From: the human T2T-CHM13v2.0 reference genome, Homo sapiens
Length of the DNA: 64,000 nucleotides
Direction: 5' to 3' (one strand)
NCBI RefSeq assembly: GCF_009914755.1
Contig: NC_060932.1
Part shown: positions 48,693-63,913 of the stretch, piece after piece
Numbering within the stretch: position 1 is the first letter of the stretch
Layout of the letters: every line of letters starts with the position of its first letter
Notes under the pieces: generated by a model
Database searches by the model: none
Told to the model about the DNA's origin: nothing
Seen by the model: the letters and a program-made list of their open reading frames with translations, nothing else
Made by a program: the position numbers and the translations under genes

Positions 48693-50867
48693 CTAACCAG
48701 ATACACATAACTATAGTCCACCAATCCCCCTTGGAAAAGAGAGTTCAAATCCTGAACCACATAATTGTGACCCTTCATAGAAGGGTTTTTAACAGAACTG
48801 ATTTTTTCCATTATTGCACTGGCTTACACGAGCTGATTTTTATATAGAAAAGCCTTTGAAGCACCGACCAATGTTCATTGTGGGTATAACCAGAGCAATG
48901 TCTGTCACTATCTCAGAACATTCTCTTTTCAAAAGATTTGAGCTAATCTAATGACTCAGTGCCAGGAATCTCAATGCATGTTCAAAACAATCGGTGAATT
49001 TTTATGTATATGTACTGATTTGAGTTTTCTAATTTGCTTGTAGCTATTAGGAAAAACCAGATCTGTGGTCTACAAGCCTGTAGGACCTTATAATATACCT
49101 TTTTAAAACCAGGTTTATTTCTGGATACTTTTAATTTATCCTTTCCTTGCATAAACTTTGCTCAATTTCTTCTCTTCCTTTTATTTAAAAATTTTTAACA
49201 CGCATATTTTTAATAAGTTTCAGTATGGATGACACAAAAAAATGATATTTTGTAATTAATTCAAATGAATTTTTAAAAATTTATTTTAATGAATAGAGTT
49301 ATAGTAACTACGTCACAGTGAAGGTCCTTAAAGTTGAGAAGGAAAATACTGGGGAGGTTTAATTCTCTCCTGTCTATTACAGTTTATTTAGAGAAAGATG
49401 CATGTGTTACTTTATTGCACATCACTTGGCACAGCTTGAGCTTTTGCAAGAACCCACAGGACCCTCACAACTACGGATGCTACCTATTTTGCTATTTCTT
49501 TATTAAATTTTTTGTGGTTTTAGAGGAAGGAAAGGAATAACTTTATTAAAAGTTTTTTAAGCTAAAATCTGTTAAAAATGTATGCACTGCACTCATTCAC
49601 TAAATAATTACAACAATTTCACTCATTAAAAATTTATTATCTGCAAAATAGCCCATCATTATTCTTCCATGCAAGTGAATGCTGGTGCCTGTTTCCAGGG
49701 GTGAGTGCCACATGGCAATAGATACCCTGCCTGTATGATTGGCATCAGACCCAATGGCAGTGTTCTAAGATAGGAATAAGACCAGAAGTAAAGCCGTATG
49801 ATTGTAGTATAACCGCCACCTCCTTAAACAATTATCAATTCCCTCTTCATATCTAAATTTCCCTTTCCTTCAATTCAGAGGAAGAAAATACTGCATTCAG
49901 CTTTTTAAAAAATGTGAAGATTCACGCAGGAGTTGACATTTGGGCTAAGCTGAAGATATTGAGTTATTCCACTGAAGGAAATTATTGAGTGTCTAACAAT
50001 GTAAAAGGAGTCAAACCATAAGCTAGATTTAGTGGACCATGAGTAATCTTCTTTAGCTACAGTGGGGGGTATTTACATAAGAATAAATATACATGAAAAG
50101 TTCGAGAAAGAATAAAAAAGTTCAAAAGAGTAGAGTACAGTAGCTAAATACAAGAGAACTTAGAATCAAAGAGGCTAGGTTTGCAACTTCCTGGCTCCCT
50201 CTCCTCATGGGCATATCATTCAAGGAAAGTTGTTCATCTTTCTGTACCTCAGATTATTTACATAAATTATTGTCATAAGGGTATCAAATTCATAAATTCA
50301 TTGTAAAAATTAAATTAGTTAATTCATATAAGGCACCCTGCATGTAGTAAAGACTCAATAAAGCTTAGCTAAGAGGAAGATCAGGGGAGAAACTCAATAA
50401 AAAACTAAACCCCAGCATAGCAACTATGCACTTCAAGACGTGGTGATATCTTCAGTTTTCCAATGAAGGTTTCAGAAGTCGGAGGAAGAACATGATTAAG
50501 ACAGTGCTCTAAGTACAGCACTGCATTGGGTGAAGAAAGTAAAAGTGAAAGACAATTTCAATATCTATTTCAGTAATATTTCAATATGTATTGCAGTAAA
50601 AAACAATGAGAGACTCAAGTGTATTGGAGGCAGGAGTAGTAAAAATGGGAACCCAGACGTCACATGTGTTGCTGTAGAGGAAGTTATTAAATTTTGTGTG
50701 ATTTGAATAGGGGAGGAAGTGAAAGGAAAAATTTGAGAATAATTTATTTTCTTTTCTGTTATTGAGAGTAGTGGGGTAGCAAGAGCAAAAATGTAGACAT
50801 CTCCAAGAAAATCTATTGCCTAGGTGGGAGAAAGAAAGTCAGTTTACTTCTGGATACATGTGTCTAG

Positions 50868-51312
50868 TGTATATAGCTGAATAATGGCTTCTGGAGATAT
50901 CAGGTTCTGATCTCTGGAACCTCTAAATACTACCGTATATGGAAAAGGGTCTTTCAGATGAGCTTAATTTAAGAATCTTGAGAAAGGGGAAAAGAGGCCA
51001 AAGGAGATTCGACATTCATAGAAGAGAAGACGATGTGAACACGGAGGCAGAAATTGGAGTGATGTGGCCAGAATCCAAATGCCAGCAGCCACTAGAAGCT
51101 GGAAAAAACCAAGGAAGAGATGCTGTCATTCCTGAGACCCTGAAGTGGGCAGGGACGAGGGAGGAGAGGTTCTGCCAGCATCTCAATTTCAGTGCAGTAA
51201 AGCTGATTTTGGACTTCTTGCTTCCAGCGCTATGAGGAAAAAAATAAAATCTGTTGTTTGTAACTATAAAACTCATGGTAATTTGTTACAGCAGCCAGAG
51301 AGATGTAATATA
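50868..51312 (+). mobile_element. MLT1D-like MaLR solo LTR
   Basis: 'ctgaataatggc...atctctggaacct...ggaggcagaaattggagtgatgtggcca...ggtaatttgttacagcagcca...taata'. Confidence 0.8.
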
Positions 51313-51464
51313 ATTTGCCACTGGGATTCGAGGTACATTGTGAATGTAGTTTGGCATAATAAAAATATAAAGAGTGTAGAAGCAGAATTTGGCCAGAAGA
51401 ACTGGCAGACAATGCTATGAGATTTGTTAAGGGACTCAAATACATGATCGAGTACTCACTATGA

Positions 51465-51789
<325 letters not shown>

Positions 51790-52456
51790 CAACTAAAGAT
51801 TTTAAAAGAGGTAAATACTGATTCAGTGTTCAGAGTAACTTTGCGTTAGATATAGTTGTCCATCATGGTAATGGAATAGCTTCATGAGGTAATGAATTTC
51901 CAATCATTAAAACTAGGCATCTATCATATAACTGTTCAAATTACATTTTACTTTAGATTATATAAAATCACGATAATCATGCTGTAAATTGATACAATAA
52001 TGTAGCCAACATATTTTCCCCCATGGCTTATTACATAAATATTTCCCTTTTCTTGATGGCTATCACTGCTAATTTTGAATGTAGCTGCACTGGAATTCTC
52101 CAATAGACCCTGCTAAAATAAACAAACAAACAAATGAATCCACTCTTTGCCACAAAGAGTGGGAAATTCTCATGTAATATTAACAAATTGTTTGTTCAGG
52201 TAATTCCCAAAGAATGTTCAATTATTCTATATTATTGTAATTTTTCAGCATTCCATATGTTTCTTCTTTTCTCCTCTTTTCAAGAATGATTATCCCACTT
52301 TATCTCATATATGATTTATTGAATATTCATACAATTCTTTATTCACACACATATTTGGCCCAACAGAGAAAAATATTAAACATTGCTTTAAACCTAGGGT
52401 AGTAGCCAGATAGCTTTTAGGTAAATTTAATGAAGTTTCAAATGTAAGTCATATAT

Positions 52457-52458
<2 letters not shown>

Positions 52459-52496
<38 letters not shown>
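52459..52496. repeat. (TG)19 microsatellite
   Basis: Direct reading. Confidence 0.97.
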
Positions 52497-52500
<4 letters not shown>

Positions 52501-52849
52501 AAGTTTCTATGACTCAGTGATATGTCTAAAACTAGCATCCATGTAAATGGTTAATTAGAAAAAGGTCCTTGATAGTTTTTTTTTAGCGTGTTTAAAATTA
52601 AAAGCCCCAAATGCTTTACACACTATATGTTTGCTAAACGTGCTGCTAAACTCAAATTTTGTTTTCTAAAGTACAGTCAATAAACAAAGTCCTTCCTCAG
52701 TGAAAGATTTTAGTGTTATTCATATGTGTCCAGTTTTGAATAGTGTTTGCCTAGGATAAGTGATATATAACACAGTTTTTCTGCAAACATCTTAGTAGTT
52801 CGTTATGCCTGCTAACTCTAAAATAGTCAAAACTCCACTTGTGCAAGTA

Positions 52850-54200
52850 TTCATTGATTCGTTCTAAAAATATTTACTGAGAATACACTGCCAAGCACTG
52901 TGCAGCATGTACTTCCACTGTACTAGTTGTCAGAATGGACTTGGCACTGTCCTCATGAGCTTACAGATAATTAGTAGTAACATTGAAATATGATGGAGAA
53001 CTTAACCTTGTCTCAAGTTCATGGAAGGTCTTCCACAGAAAATGTATTTAAGTTGAGACAGAAATGTTAAGTAAGAATAAGCAACATAAAAGGAGATCAT
53101 AGAGAGTGCTCACAGAAAGAACAACATGCACAAAGGGTCCAGAGGCAAAATGAAGCTAGGTTTTTATAAGGAGCTGAAATAGTGCAGATAGAATAGTTAC
53201 AAAATGAGAACAGAGCACAACGGCATAATCGACAGTGTCAAAAGAGATAAGGAGATTGGAGACAACTGAGGTATTAGATACAAGAAAATGATAGTATTAG
53301 ATTTTTACTTTCAGATGGTTACTCTACTGGACGTACAGGGAATAGACTGCAGGAGAATAAGAACCTGGGACAAGGGTGATGCTATCTGATCTCGGGTAGT
53401 AAAAGTGTGAATGGAGAGATATAGATTTGTTTAAGAGATTTATGAAAGACAAACCTGACGAATTTCATTGTACCGAGTAAGAGTCAGAAAAGAATCAAAA
53501 TTTCTGACTTGTGTAACTTAATGGATGAGGAAGTTGTTCTGAGAAAGAGAACACTGAGAAAGTTCTATAGTTTTGAGAAAATTCTATGAAGTCAGTTTTA
53601 GAGGTTGAATTTGACAAGCCATCAAGAAGTTTAGCTGAAAATGTCCAGTGGGCAGTCGGACATATGTTTTGCAGCTTAGGTGAGAGGTCTGAGTTAGATA
53701 TTTAGGTCTGCATGTCATCATTTATTCAGTCCCTCATTCAAAAATATGTTTTCTGATTATCTATTATGATTTACGTCCTCGACATCTCTAACACATAAAA
53801 GTAGCTGAAGCCATGGAATTAGACAAGGTCCCAGAGAGAGTAAAGTGAAATGAACAAAGGCCACAGAATCTCATAAACACTAATATTTGAACAATGGATT
53901 GAATTGCAAGAGGAGACCATGTAGTAGATATAGAAGTAGGAGCTACAGATGTAGAAGAGAAAACAAAACAAAATCCAAGAAAATATTGGTGTCCTAGGAT
54001 CTAAGGAGAAAAAAATAGTCTATTAGGAGTCAGGGGAGGAACAGCAAGATAGAGAGCTGCTGACAGAGCAAGAAAGATGAACCACACAATGGATTTAATC
54101 ATATTTAGATCTTCACTATGAGACTGGCTCTATTAGAGTATTAGTTGCTGAAGCCACATTGCAGTGGGTCAAAAAGAGAAGATGATAACTAAAGAAAACA
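52850..54200 (-). mobile_element. L2 fragments
   Basis: 'attcattgattc...aaatatttactgag' terminus and 'tgtccagtgggcagtcggacatatg...gagaggtctgagttagata'. Confidence 0.65.
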
Positions 54201-54949
54201 TGTCAGGGTTTTCAAAATTTTAAGATTAGATGGAAATAAGTAAGCTGATTTAATATATAGATGCTCTTGAATAACCTTGAGAAGATTATAACCAGATGAT
54301 GTGGTAAAAGTTCTATGAAGATTCTAAAGGTATCATATCATTTCAGATCCTCTATACAAGCTGGAGCATGGGCAATCCCAAAATCCTTATTATTCTACTA
54401 TAATAAGATAGGATTGATTCGTTATCTTCAAATTTGACAAATTGTCTATAAACTAGCAAGAATGTAAGTATGCATCTATAATCTTTGGATGGCCTTAAAA
54501 CTCTGAAAATGTACATGCTTTTTGTTTTGTCATTGGTTTGCTGGCATATTTTACTCCCAACACCTGTCAAGTAATTTTTAAAACGTCTGAACAATTATAA
54601 ATCCATGAAGCTGATTTTTTTTACTAAAAATTATGCTTCAATCTAATTTCATTATTAATGCATGGCATCTTGGCTAATTTTTCCACAACTCTTATATGTC
54701 TCAAGTTTCTAAAGAAAAACTCTACAAATCAATTAGAGAAGTAATCAAGTTATATCTGTGAAGGCTAGATAATATTTATGAAGCATAATTACCTTTCATA
54801 GGATATATATACTGATTCTGCAGTAAAATATTATCAATTCATCCAGAAAAAATATATATCTTTATGTAAAACAGAATAACTGGTCAAATAGCAGCCCCCA
54901 AAATAGCCATAATTCAAATAACAGGACAGTCACTGTTGATTACCTATTT

Positions 54950-55523
54950 TTAAAGAGCATCTTCCTTCCTTGCTAACACAGATCTGGCTTAGTTCAATTA
55001 AGTGAGAGATGTGTGCATAATAGGAGGCTGCACTTATTGCTTACTCCTGATACGTAATATAGTTTTATTTGAGCCAAATCATAGTAAATCTTTGGTTGTT
55101 GCCCATTGCATAGGTTTGGAACGGATATGATTGCAATCTTGGTCAATAAAACAGGAGGGAAAGTCTGCTGGCAGGTTTCCTGAAAAGTTTTCTTAACCAC
55201 TGAAATGGTACATAACATAGGGACATTCTGTTTTAGCTGCTGGCCATTGCTATGTAGGGCTGTTACGCCTAGAGCTTTTGCAGCCACCTCAAGACCTCAG
55301 GAGAAGGTGTCTAAGAACTAAAACCAACAGGCTGAGCATGGCAGAACAGAGAGATGGAAATAACGTGGGTGAGGAAAGACACACTGAACCCCTGAAATAA
55401 TGTTTAAAATCTGCTTACCTCAAGATTCCATGTTATATGGGGTTAACACATTTTTTTTGTATTGCTTATGCCATCTTGAATTGGCTTTCTGTTAATTCTA
55501 CGTGAAAAAAATTAATAACAAAT
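54950..55523 (+). mobile_element. MLT1J/K-like MaLR LTR
   Basis: 'gagggaaagtctgctgg...gctgagcatggcagaacagagagatggaa...ttgaattggctttctgtta'. Confidence 0.6.
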
Positions 55524-55611
55524 ATCTTTCTATTCATTTCAACCATGTCAGTCAAAACCACTTGCTAAACTTTTAGAAATAATGTTCATTCTGTCATCTC
55601 TGAAAAGATTA

Positions 55612-55872
<261 letters not shown>

Positions 55873-56194
55873 CTAGACTTGCAAATCAAATCATACTTTT
55901 TTCAAAACTGATAAAAGCAATGAAAATGAAGTTTTTGTATACCATGGAAACGATAACAAATAATTAGACAGCATTAATGGATGACCTTTGAATGGCATAT
56001 CTAAAAATCACACTACAATTAACTCAATAACAGCATAGTATTTGTATTATATTACTAAAACACGCATTGACTAAATTTGCCTTAAAAATAGTTCATTTTT
56101 AGATAAAAATTGTCTCGAATTTTTAAAAAATTATTTGGTACTTTCTCCTTCATGCATTCTTTGAGGAGTAACAGCATCCACTGGAAAGTAATGA

Positions 56195-56760
<566 letters not shown>

Positions 56761-57847
56761 AGATACTTGAAGTGGTCCCAGTTTAGTTATTGCCAGTCTA
56801 ACTACTACAAGAAAGAATATGTATGCAGACCTACTCAGAAGTCAATAAAGGCTTCTATCATTTTTAGAAGGTACTAGTCTGAAAGTAAAATTCTCATGCC
56901 ATTAATAGAATCACCTTGATTCTGGCCATGACCTAACTCATAACTCTTAAATTCTGTGTGACTTTGACCTGTTCTTTACAATCTCTGAAACACAGATATC
57001 TTATCTGTGGAATGGTAACTCTATTGTTTCTAAAAGGCTTTTGTGAAAAATACAAAGAAGCTAGAATGTACATAAGAAACAAGCACACACCTTGGAAAAC
57101 AGTTAGAAATCAATAAATTATATTTCCTTTTGCTACAAATATTATTTTAGGTCCCAATTGTACTGTGCTCCTGGGGAATTTGTCCTAGTATGGCTATAAA
57201 TGATGAGATACAAAGAACATATCTTTTGTAATAATAATTTATTTTAAAAGTGAATTACAGTTTTGTGCCACTTCCAAAGACAAACGCAAAAACCAGGGCA
57301 ATTACTCAAAAAAAAAAAAAAAAAAAAAGATGTTGCAAACTTTTTAAAATAGTGTGACAATATATTTTTAAAGAAACTCACTTAGTCGTGTTTTCTTACA
57401 AAGCTCTGTAAATGGGTTATATACAAATTCTGTTTAAATTAGTCAAAATTAATTTAGCTAATTTAAATAGAAAACCAGCAGTTTTGCATGATTTGAGAAT
57501 GACATGCAAAAGACAGAGGAAGAAATTTAAAATATTCACCCAAAAAATAGAACAAAAACGTAATTGATGAAGTGTTGATCCTGCTGATGAAAAAAAAATA
57601 CTTTATAGATGCTCTTCCTCTCCATCGCCACCGCCACAACTTTTCCTCATACGTACTTTTTTTTTTTCTGAGTTACTACATTAATCAAATAAGTGGCCTC
57701 CCTATGGCTGGTATGTTTTCCATGCACTATATTTTTCAAAATACTGTCAAAATTATTTTTCTAAATTAAAATATGACATGTTGCTTCTCTGGTGAAAATC
57801 CTTCAAAAATTTCCCCATTGTCTGAATTCACAGCTCACAGATAGTTT

Positions 57848-58178
57848 CTTTTTTTTCTTTTTTTTTTTTTTTTTTTGAAACAAGCTCTGGCTTTGTCGCC
57901 TAGGCTGGAGTGCAGTGGTGTGATTATAGCTCACTGCAGCCTCAAATTCCTAGGCTCAAGCAATCCTCCCACCTCAGCCTACAGAGTAGCTAGGACTACA
58001 GGTGTGTGCCATCACACCCAGCTAATTTGTGTACAGATATTCAGCTAATTTTTATATAGCTAATTTGTAGAGACAGGATCTGTGTTGCTCAGGCTGGTCT
58101 TGAATCACCAGCCTCAAACAATGCCGCCTCAGCCTCCTAAAGTGCTAGGATTATAGGCACGAGCCACTGTGCCCGGCC
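57848..58178 (-). mobile_element. AluJ
   Basis: Poly-T; 'atagctcactgcagcctcaaattcctaggctcaagcaatcctccc'. Linker 'agctaattt' is triplicated; TSD acagata. Confidence 0.9.
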
Positions 58179-58599
58179 TACAGATAAATATAGTTAATTG
58201 TATTAGTCTCTGATTTCATCTCCAGGCTTGTATGTAACTATAATTTCCCAAGTCCTCATCATCTTAATCCCCCAACCCAGTCCAGCCTTCTAAACTAATA
58301 TGCTTTCTTATTGCTGTCACTTGATTTGTCCCCTTCTCTCACCTAGCTAACACCTACCCATCTATGGACTTTCAGTGTGAATGTTACCGCTTCAACCCTT
58401 TGGAATTTCCCTGTGTTAAGTGTCCTGTAGTTTACCATAGCACCAAATGTTTTCCTGTACAATTTTATCATACTATGCTTCCGTATTATTTTTATGTTAG
58501 TCTCTTGAAACAGACTCAAGTCTGAGCAGACAAGGTCACCCTTTTGCCTGAAACTCTGTTTATCAAGATTCTAACTCTTCTTCTTTGCATTATAAATTT

Positions 58600-59910
58600 T
58601 CTTCCATGCTGCTACAGTGACAAGCTATCTCCTCTTCCTCCATCCTCTCTTTCATGCATTGCATCAGACTTTTGTCCTCACTACTCTGGTGAAATAACCA
58701 TGTCAAAGTCACCAGAATATTAATGTTGTGATATGATCAATCCTTAACTTGCATTTTACTCAATCTATGAATAATTAGCTCTCACTGTTGATCACTCCAT
58801 CTGTCTTGAGCCTTTGTTTGCTTGAACATCAGAACACCATACTCTCCTGGTTTTCTTCTCTATTATTGGCTGCACTCAGATTTTTTTTTTTTAACTCATT
58901 CTCCTCTTTGTAACTTTGTCTTAGGCCATATTCTCTTTCTAATCACTGTCCCCCCTTCCATGTCTTCTATATACTCTGACTACCAGATGTTTATCTCTAG
59001 CTGTGATTTCTGTGAGTTTTGCAATCATATGTCTAACAAGTATCTCAAAATGGATATGTCCAAAATAATAACTTTGAAATTCTTCTTCATCCACACTCTC
59101 TTTCATCTTAGGGATTGTCACCACCATTCACTCAGTTCTTAGGCCATAAACCTAAGATTCATCTTGATTTATCTTTCTTGCAGTCAAGTTTACATTTACA
59201 TCTATTCTCAATCTATCAGTAATGGCTCCACCTTAAAAATATATCCCAAAGCTTACTAATTCTCATCACTGTGACCATAATCTTCCTATCCAAATCACAC
59301 TACTTTTCCCCTCCATTACCTTGATAGGCTTCTAATCAGTCATATTGGTTCTACTCCACATCTCCCTACACTAACTACAGTGATTTATTAGAAACTGATT
59401 AAGATCATATCACTCCCCAGCTCAATATATTCCCATACTAGTTAGGAAAATTTCAAACTCACCGTGGTCTTCAAGGATCCATGTGACTTGGCCCTCTGCT
59501 CTGCCTCTCTAAACTCATCTCCTATCACTCTTTGCTATCATTTACTGTGTTCCAGACACTGTGGCTTGAACACGTCAAGATCTCTCTCCCTCAACAGTCC
59601 ATACACTTGCTCACCAACAAGAAAGACTTTTATTCATCCCTCCCTCTGTTCATTTTATTCAGGTTTAAAATGGCAGCATGCTCTGGGTGTCTTGTTGCAA
59701 CTCCAGCTCCTGCTTTATTTTTTTCTACAGCATTCTCACTCCCCAAAAGAAAAGAATATATTTCTTGATGACTTTTGTCCTCCTCCAGTAAAATGTAAAA
59801 TGTAAATGCAAAATGTAAGGACAAAGATCTTATATTCTTATTCAAAACTATGTCACCAGTGCTTAGAATAGTGTTGGCATGCAGTAAGCACTCAATAAAT
59901 TATTGCTGAA
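58600..59910 (+). mobile_element. L2 fragments
   Basis: 'gcatctcaaa'-like internal segments and terminus 'agtgcttagaatagtgttggcatgcagtaagcactcaataaattattgctgaat'. Confidence 0.7.
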
Positions 59911-60500
59911 TAAATCACTGAAGAACTGATTGTGTATCTGTACATATCTTGTGCTTTCAAATTACCTCTTTATCATTCCTGCATCATTCCTGTCTCCCAG
60001 TATTTTTCTAAACAAGCCATATTTGTCTAATTCTACTGCAATCATATTTATTTATTTACCAACAAAATATGCTATAGAAAAATTAGCAGATACGCAATAC
60101 CACAATCTAACATTTGCATCCTGTTTTTTAAAAGATATATGATAAATTTCTGTTCTGATCAGTATTCAATATAATATGTGGATTAATAGAGCAGGCTTTC
60201 AAATCAAGCAGCCTAAGTTCAAATCCAATTCTGCCTTTTTATCTAAACCAAGAGGTTTTACTATCTGTAAAATAGAGATAATTATATCTACCTTCCAAAG
60301 TTGATATCAATATTAAATGAGATAATGCTTAATAGTGCTTCATTCAAATGCCAAAAATTGCTATTTATTATTGTATTTAATAACTTTTTCATGGATGAAT
60401 GGATAGATGAATAAATGGATAAATGAATGAGATGGAGAGTTTGTATATATTTCTTCATGAACTTTTTTTCCCATTCTAAGAAAAGATGAAGTAGACAGGT

Positions 60501-60514
60501 GTTGCCATGGAGAC
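60501..60514. promoter_or_regulatory. RFX X-box motif GTTGCCATGGAGAC
   Basis: Near-perfect match to the X-box consensus GTTNCCATGGNAAC. Function is not demonstrated. Confidence 0.4.
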
Positions 60515-62459
60515 TTTCAAGTAAAAGTAGTTCTTTCTGGGTCTCTAAAGAACTTGAAAAAACAGAACCAGATAAGCATGATCAGATAAGCAGCTAATTA
60601 AAGACTCTTTGCCTAAGGGGAGTAGGTGGCAGCTTCCAGGGCTTTTCAAAAAAGACCTCCCACTAACAGAAGTACTTATGCCTAAGGTCATATATTGTCA
60701 AAGCTATTAGTGGCTGCAGGGGGTTATTTGAATCACAGAGTCTAAAAGGGAGGAAAGCCTGGGGGTTTAGGAGACTGCATAGTTTAAGAAATGTGAAATG
60801 TAACAAGGTCAAATTTGGAAGATAAAAACTCAGTCTTCAGCATAAGTTTTATTTTTCAGTTTTTCATTGGTCTCAAGTCTAATTTTTTTAAGTAAAATTT
60901 TATTGTATTTTATTGTAATTAAGAAAGGCTTGGAACTACAGCTTTGTACAAGATTATTAAATATTGTTTAAAAACTGGTTGTTAAAGTTTGTGAATCTTC
61001 TAATTTAGTATTTGACCATTTTAACTATAAGCACAACTCACATATCATGTCTTATGGGGCTGCTTTCCAATCAACAGTTTAGTTTTAGTATGTCAGTGTG
61101 TGCAAAATTAATGAACATTTTCTTGTGCTTTACTGTGACAGAAAAAAAAACAGTGTTGACAGTAATAATAAGAACTGTGAAACTGAAATGATACAATTGA
61201 GAGGGAAATCATTAGGAATGTAGAAAGCAGTATTGTTTTGCTTTCAATTGGATGCTGACTTGGCTTAAGTTATTAACTGAGCATTCATTGAACTAAGACA
61301 GAAAAACAATCATCATGTATAAAACCCTGTAAATAGGCTGTCAAAGATTATATCTAAACTGTAAAGGGTAAATGGAGAATTTGCTCTCTCTCAGAATAAA
61401 ACTCCCCATATAATATGTAAATCTTTTGCTTGTGTTTTACCAACATACATATCTTTCCTGCAGATGTCAGAAGAGTTTGAAACCTCAGATTTGTGAAGGT
61501 TTAAGCAAGGAAACTATGCAAGAGTATCACCATGTGGTGGAATACTGAAATGGAAAAAGTATGGACCTTGGACTTGGGAAGTTGGTAAGGGTTGTCAGAC
61601 CCTCTACAAATATTCAGGAAATTGATACAGTAATTTACTAAAATCCACTCACTGAATAAAAGTTTGCTGAACACCTGTTGTGTGCCAAGTCCTCTTTTGA
61701 TTGAGCCCAAAACCAATATAGTGACAATGGAAAGAGGGACAATTAAGACAGATTAAGAAATGTTTTACAACCAAAAATTATACATAATACAGTTCGATGG
61801 TTGCTGTAAAGGTAATGGTATAAAGAGTAAACGGTTGATGGGTGGCAGAAAATTATTTTAGATAGGATGGCCAAGAAAAATAGGAGACTTCAATGAAATG
61901 ATGTAGTGAGATAAAAAGCTATCTGTTCTAATCAGAGGAAATAAGAAATTCAAAGACCTTGGGGCAGATGTTTTATGCAGTTAACAGAGGTTGAAAAGGA
62001 GCACAAATTAAAGAGAACACTTTGATATTAACGTAAGATAGCTCTGTACTTGACTCTCACATTTGAATATTTAAGACACTGAGCTTTTTCTATCTTAAAA
62101 ATATTTTAAGACATGACCATTTTTATTCAGAACATTTTGAAGCTAAAAATATTTATAGTTAAAAATAGAAATGCAAACTATATTTTCATTTATGTAAAGA
62201 TTAGTAGTTGCACCAAATGGTAAAACTTAAACTTGTCTATCTTCTGAATGTCATTTAGAATCATCACCTTTCTATTTCTTCTGTCACATAGACCCCATAT
62301 ATCCATCTGTCATATTGTCAACTTTATGGATTTACACCTGTTCCACAAGGAAGAATATTTTTAAAACGGTATAAGGTAATATGTCTTTTTCATGTGATCT
62401 TGGCAGAAAATACAAGTCATATGACACAATTTTCTATCTCTGGATATGCACTTTTAAAC

Positions 62460-63910
62460 TGCCTCATTCTATTCAGGCCATAGCAAAATACCATAGAATG
62501 GGTGGCTTATAAACAACAGAAATTTATTTCTCACAGTTCTGGAAGCTGGGAAGTCAGCACTGGTAGATTTGATGTCTGCTGAGGGCCCCTTTCCTGGATT
62601 ATATACGACCGTCTTCTGGCTGTGTCCTCACATGGTAAAACTGGCTAGAGATCTCTCTGGGGTCTCTTTCATAAGAGCATTAATCCCATTCATGAGAGCT
62701 CTGCCCTCATAACTACCTTCCAATCCCTGCCCCCAATACTATCATCTTATGGGTTAGGATTCTAACATATGAATTTGGGGGATTCAAACATTCAGACTAC
62801 AGCATTCTGCTGCTGGCCCCCAAAATTAATGTCCTCACATGCAAAATACATTCATTCCATCCCTATAGCCCCACAAGTTATAATTTGTTCCAGCATCAAC
62901 CATAAGTCTAATGTTCAAAGTCTCATCTAAATATCATGTCAATCACATATGGGTGACACTTTAAGATATGATTCATCCTGAGGCAAACTCACCTCCGGCT
63001 ATGAGTCTGTAAAATCAAACAAACTATCTACTTTCAAAACACAATGATGAGACAGGCACGGGACAGATATTTCCATTCTTAAAAAAGAAAAACAGGGCAG
63101 AAGAAAGGGGTAACAGATCTTAAGCAGGACCAAAACCTTAAAATTCAAGAAGAATCTCTTTGATTCAATGCTCTGTTCTTCAGTCCCACTGGGCCTATGG
63201 TCTCACCTCCTAGACTCACAGGTTGGAGGTCTCCACCCAGACACGCTGCAGGGAAGGTCCCACATTCTGGACCTACTGGAGGTTATAGTCTTACTTCTGT
63301 AGGTTTGCTGGGCATAATACATACTACAGCTCTCACAGGTTAGAGTTGCATGCCTGTGGTTCTCCCTGACTAACATCACACACCAGTGGCTCTACTGTTT
63401 CATGATCATATTGGTGGCCCCACCTCTGTAGCTCCACTGGACATTTTTCCACAAGGCAATGCTAAAGGTGTGGGGCTATCCACATGACCCCTATGGCAGT
63501 TCTTTGCCTGGGCAGAGAGGCTTTCCAGGACACCCTTTGAAATCTACACAAAGGCAACCACATCTCCATAGCTTTATTGGGTACCGAGCATGGTGAGCCA
63601 GACCCACAGGAACTATCCCTATGTAGCCAAGCAGCTGTGTGACAGACTGCATGAATCAGAGCCTGAGGTTTAAGGCCCTTCCTTTGAAATCTGACTCCAA
63701 GGCCCTTGCACTATGGGCTTGTGACTGGATGGGTAGCCTGGATGATCTCTAAAATGCACTCAGGTTCATTCTTCCTTTGTTTTGGACAATAGGTCCTGGC
63801 TTCTGTTTAGATGGCTAACTAATGCTCTCATTGTATTGATGAATAGCTTCTAGCTTCTACTGAGATTGTGAGTTCATACTAATCTTCTTATCAAACGTTA
63901 CTTGATTAAA
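62460..63910 (-). mobile_element. MLT1A0-like MaLR: 3'LTR 62460-62804 plus internal sequence 62805-~63910
   Basis: LTR reverse complement 'ggtggcttataaacaacagaaatttatttctcacagttctggaagctgggaagtc...aaacattcagactacagca', then MaLR-internal 'catgcaaaatacattcattccatccc'. Confidence 0.85.
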
Positions 63911-63913
63911 CTC

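Noticed and set aside
57307-57328. Orphan poly(A) run as a solo retrotransposed tail
   Set aside because: No flanking TSD visible; simple slippage explains it (same for T runs at ~740 and ~15279).
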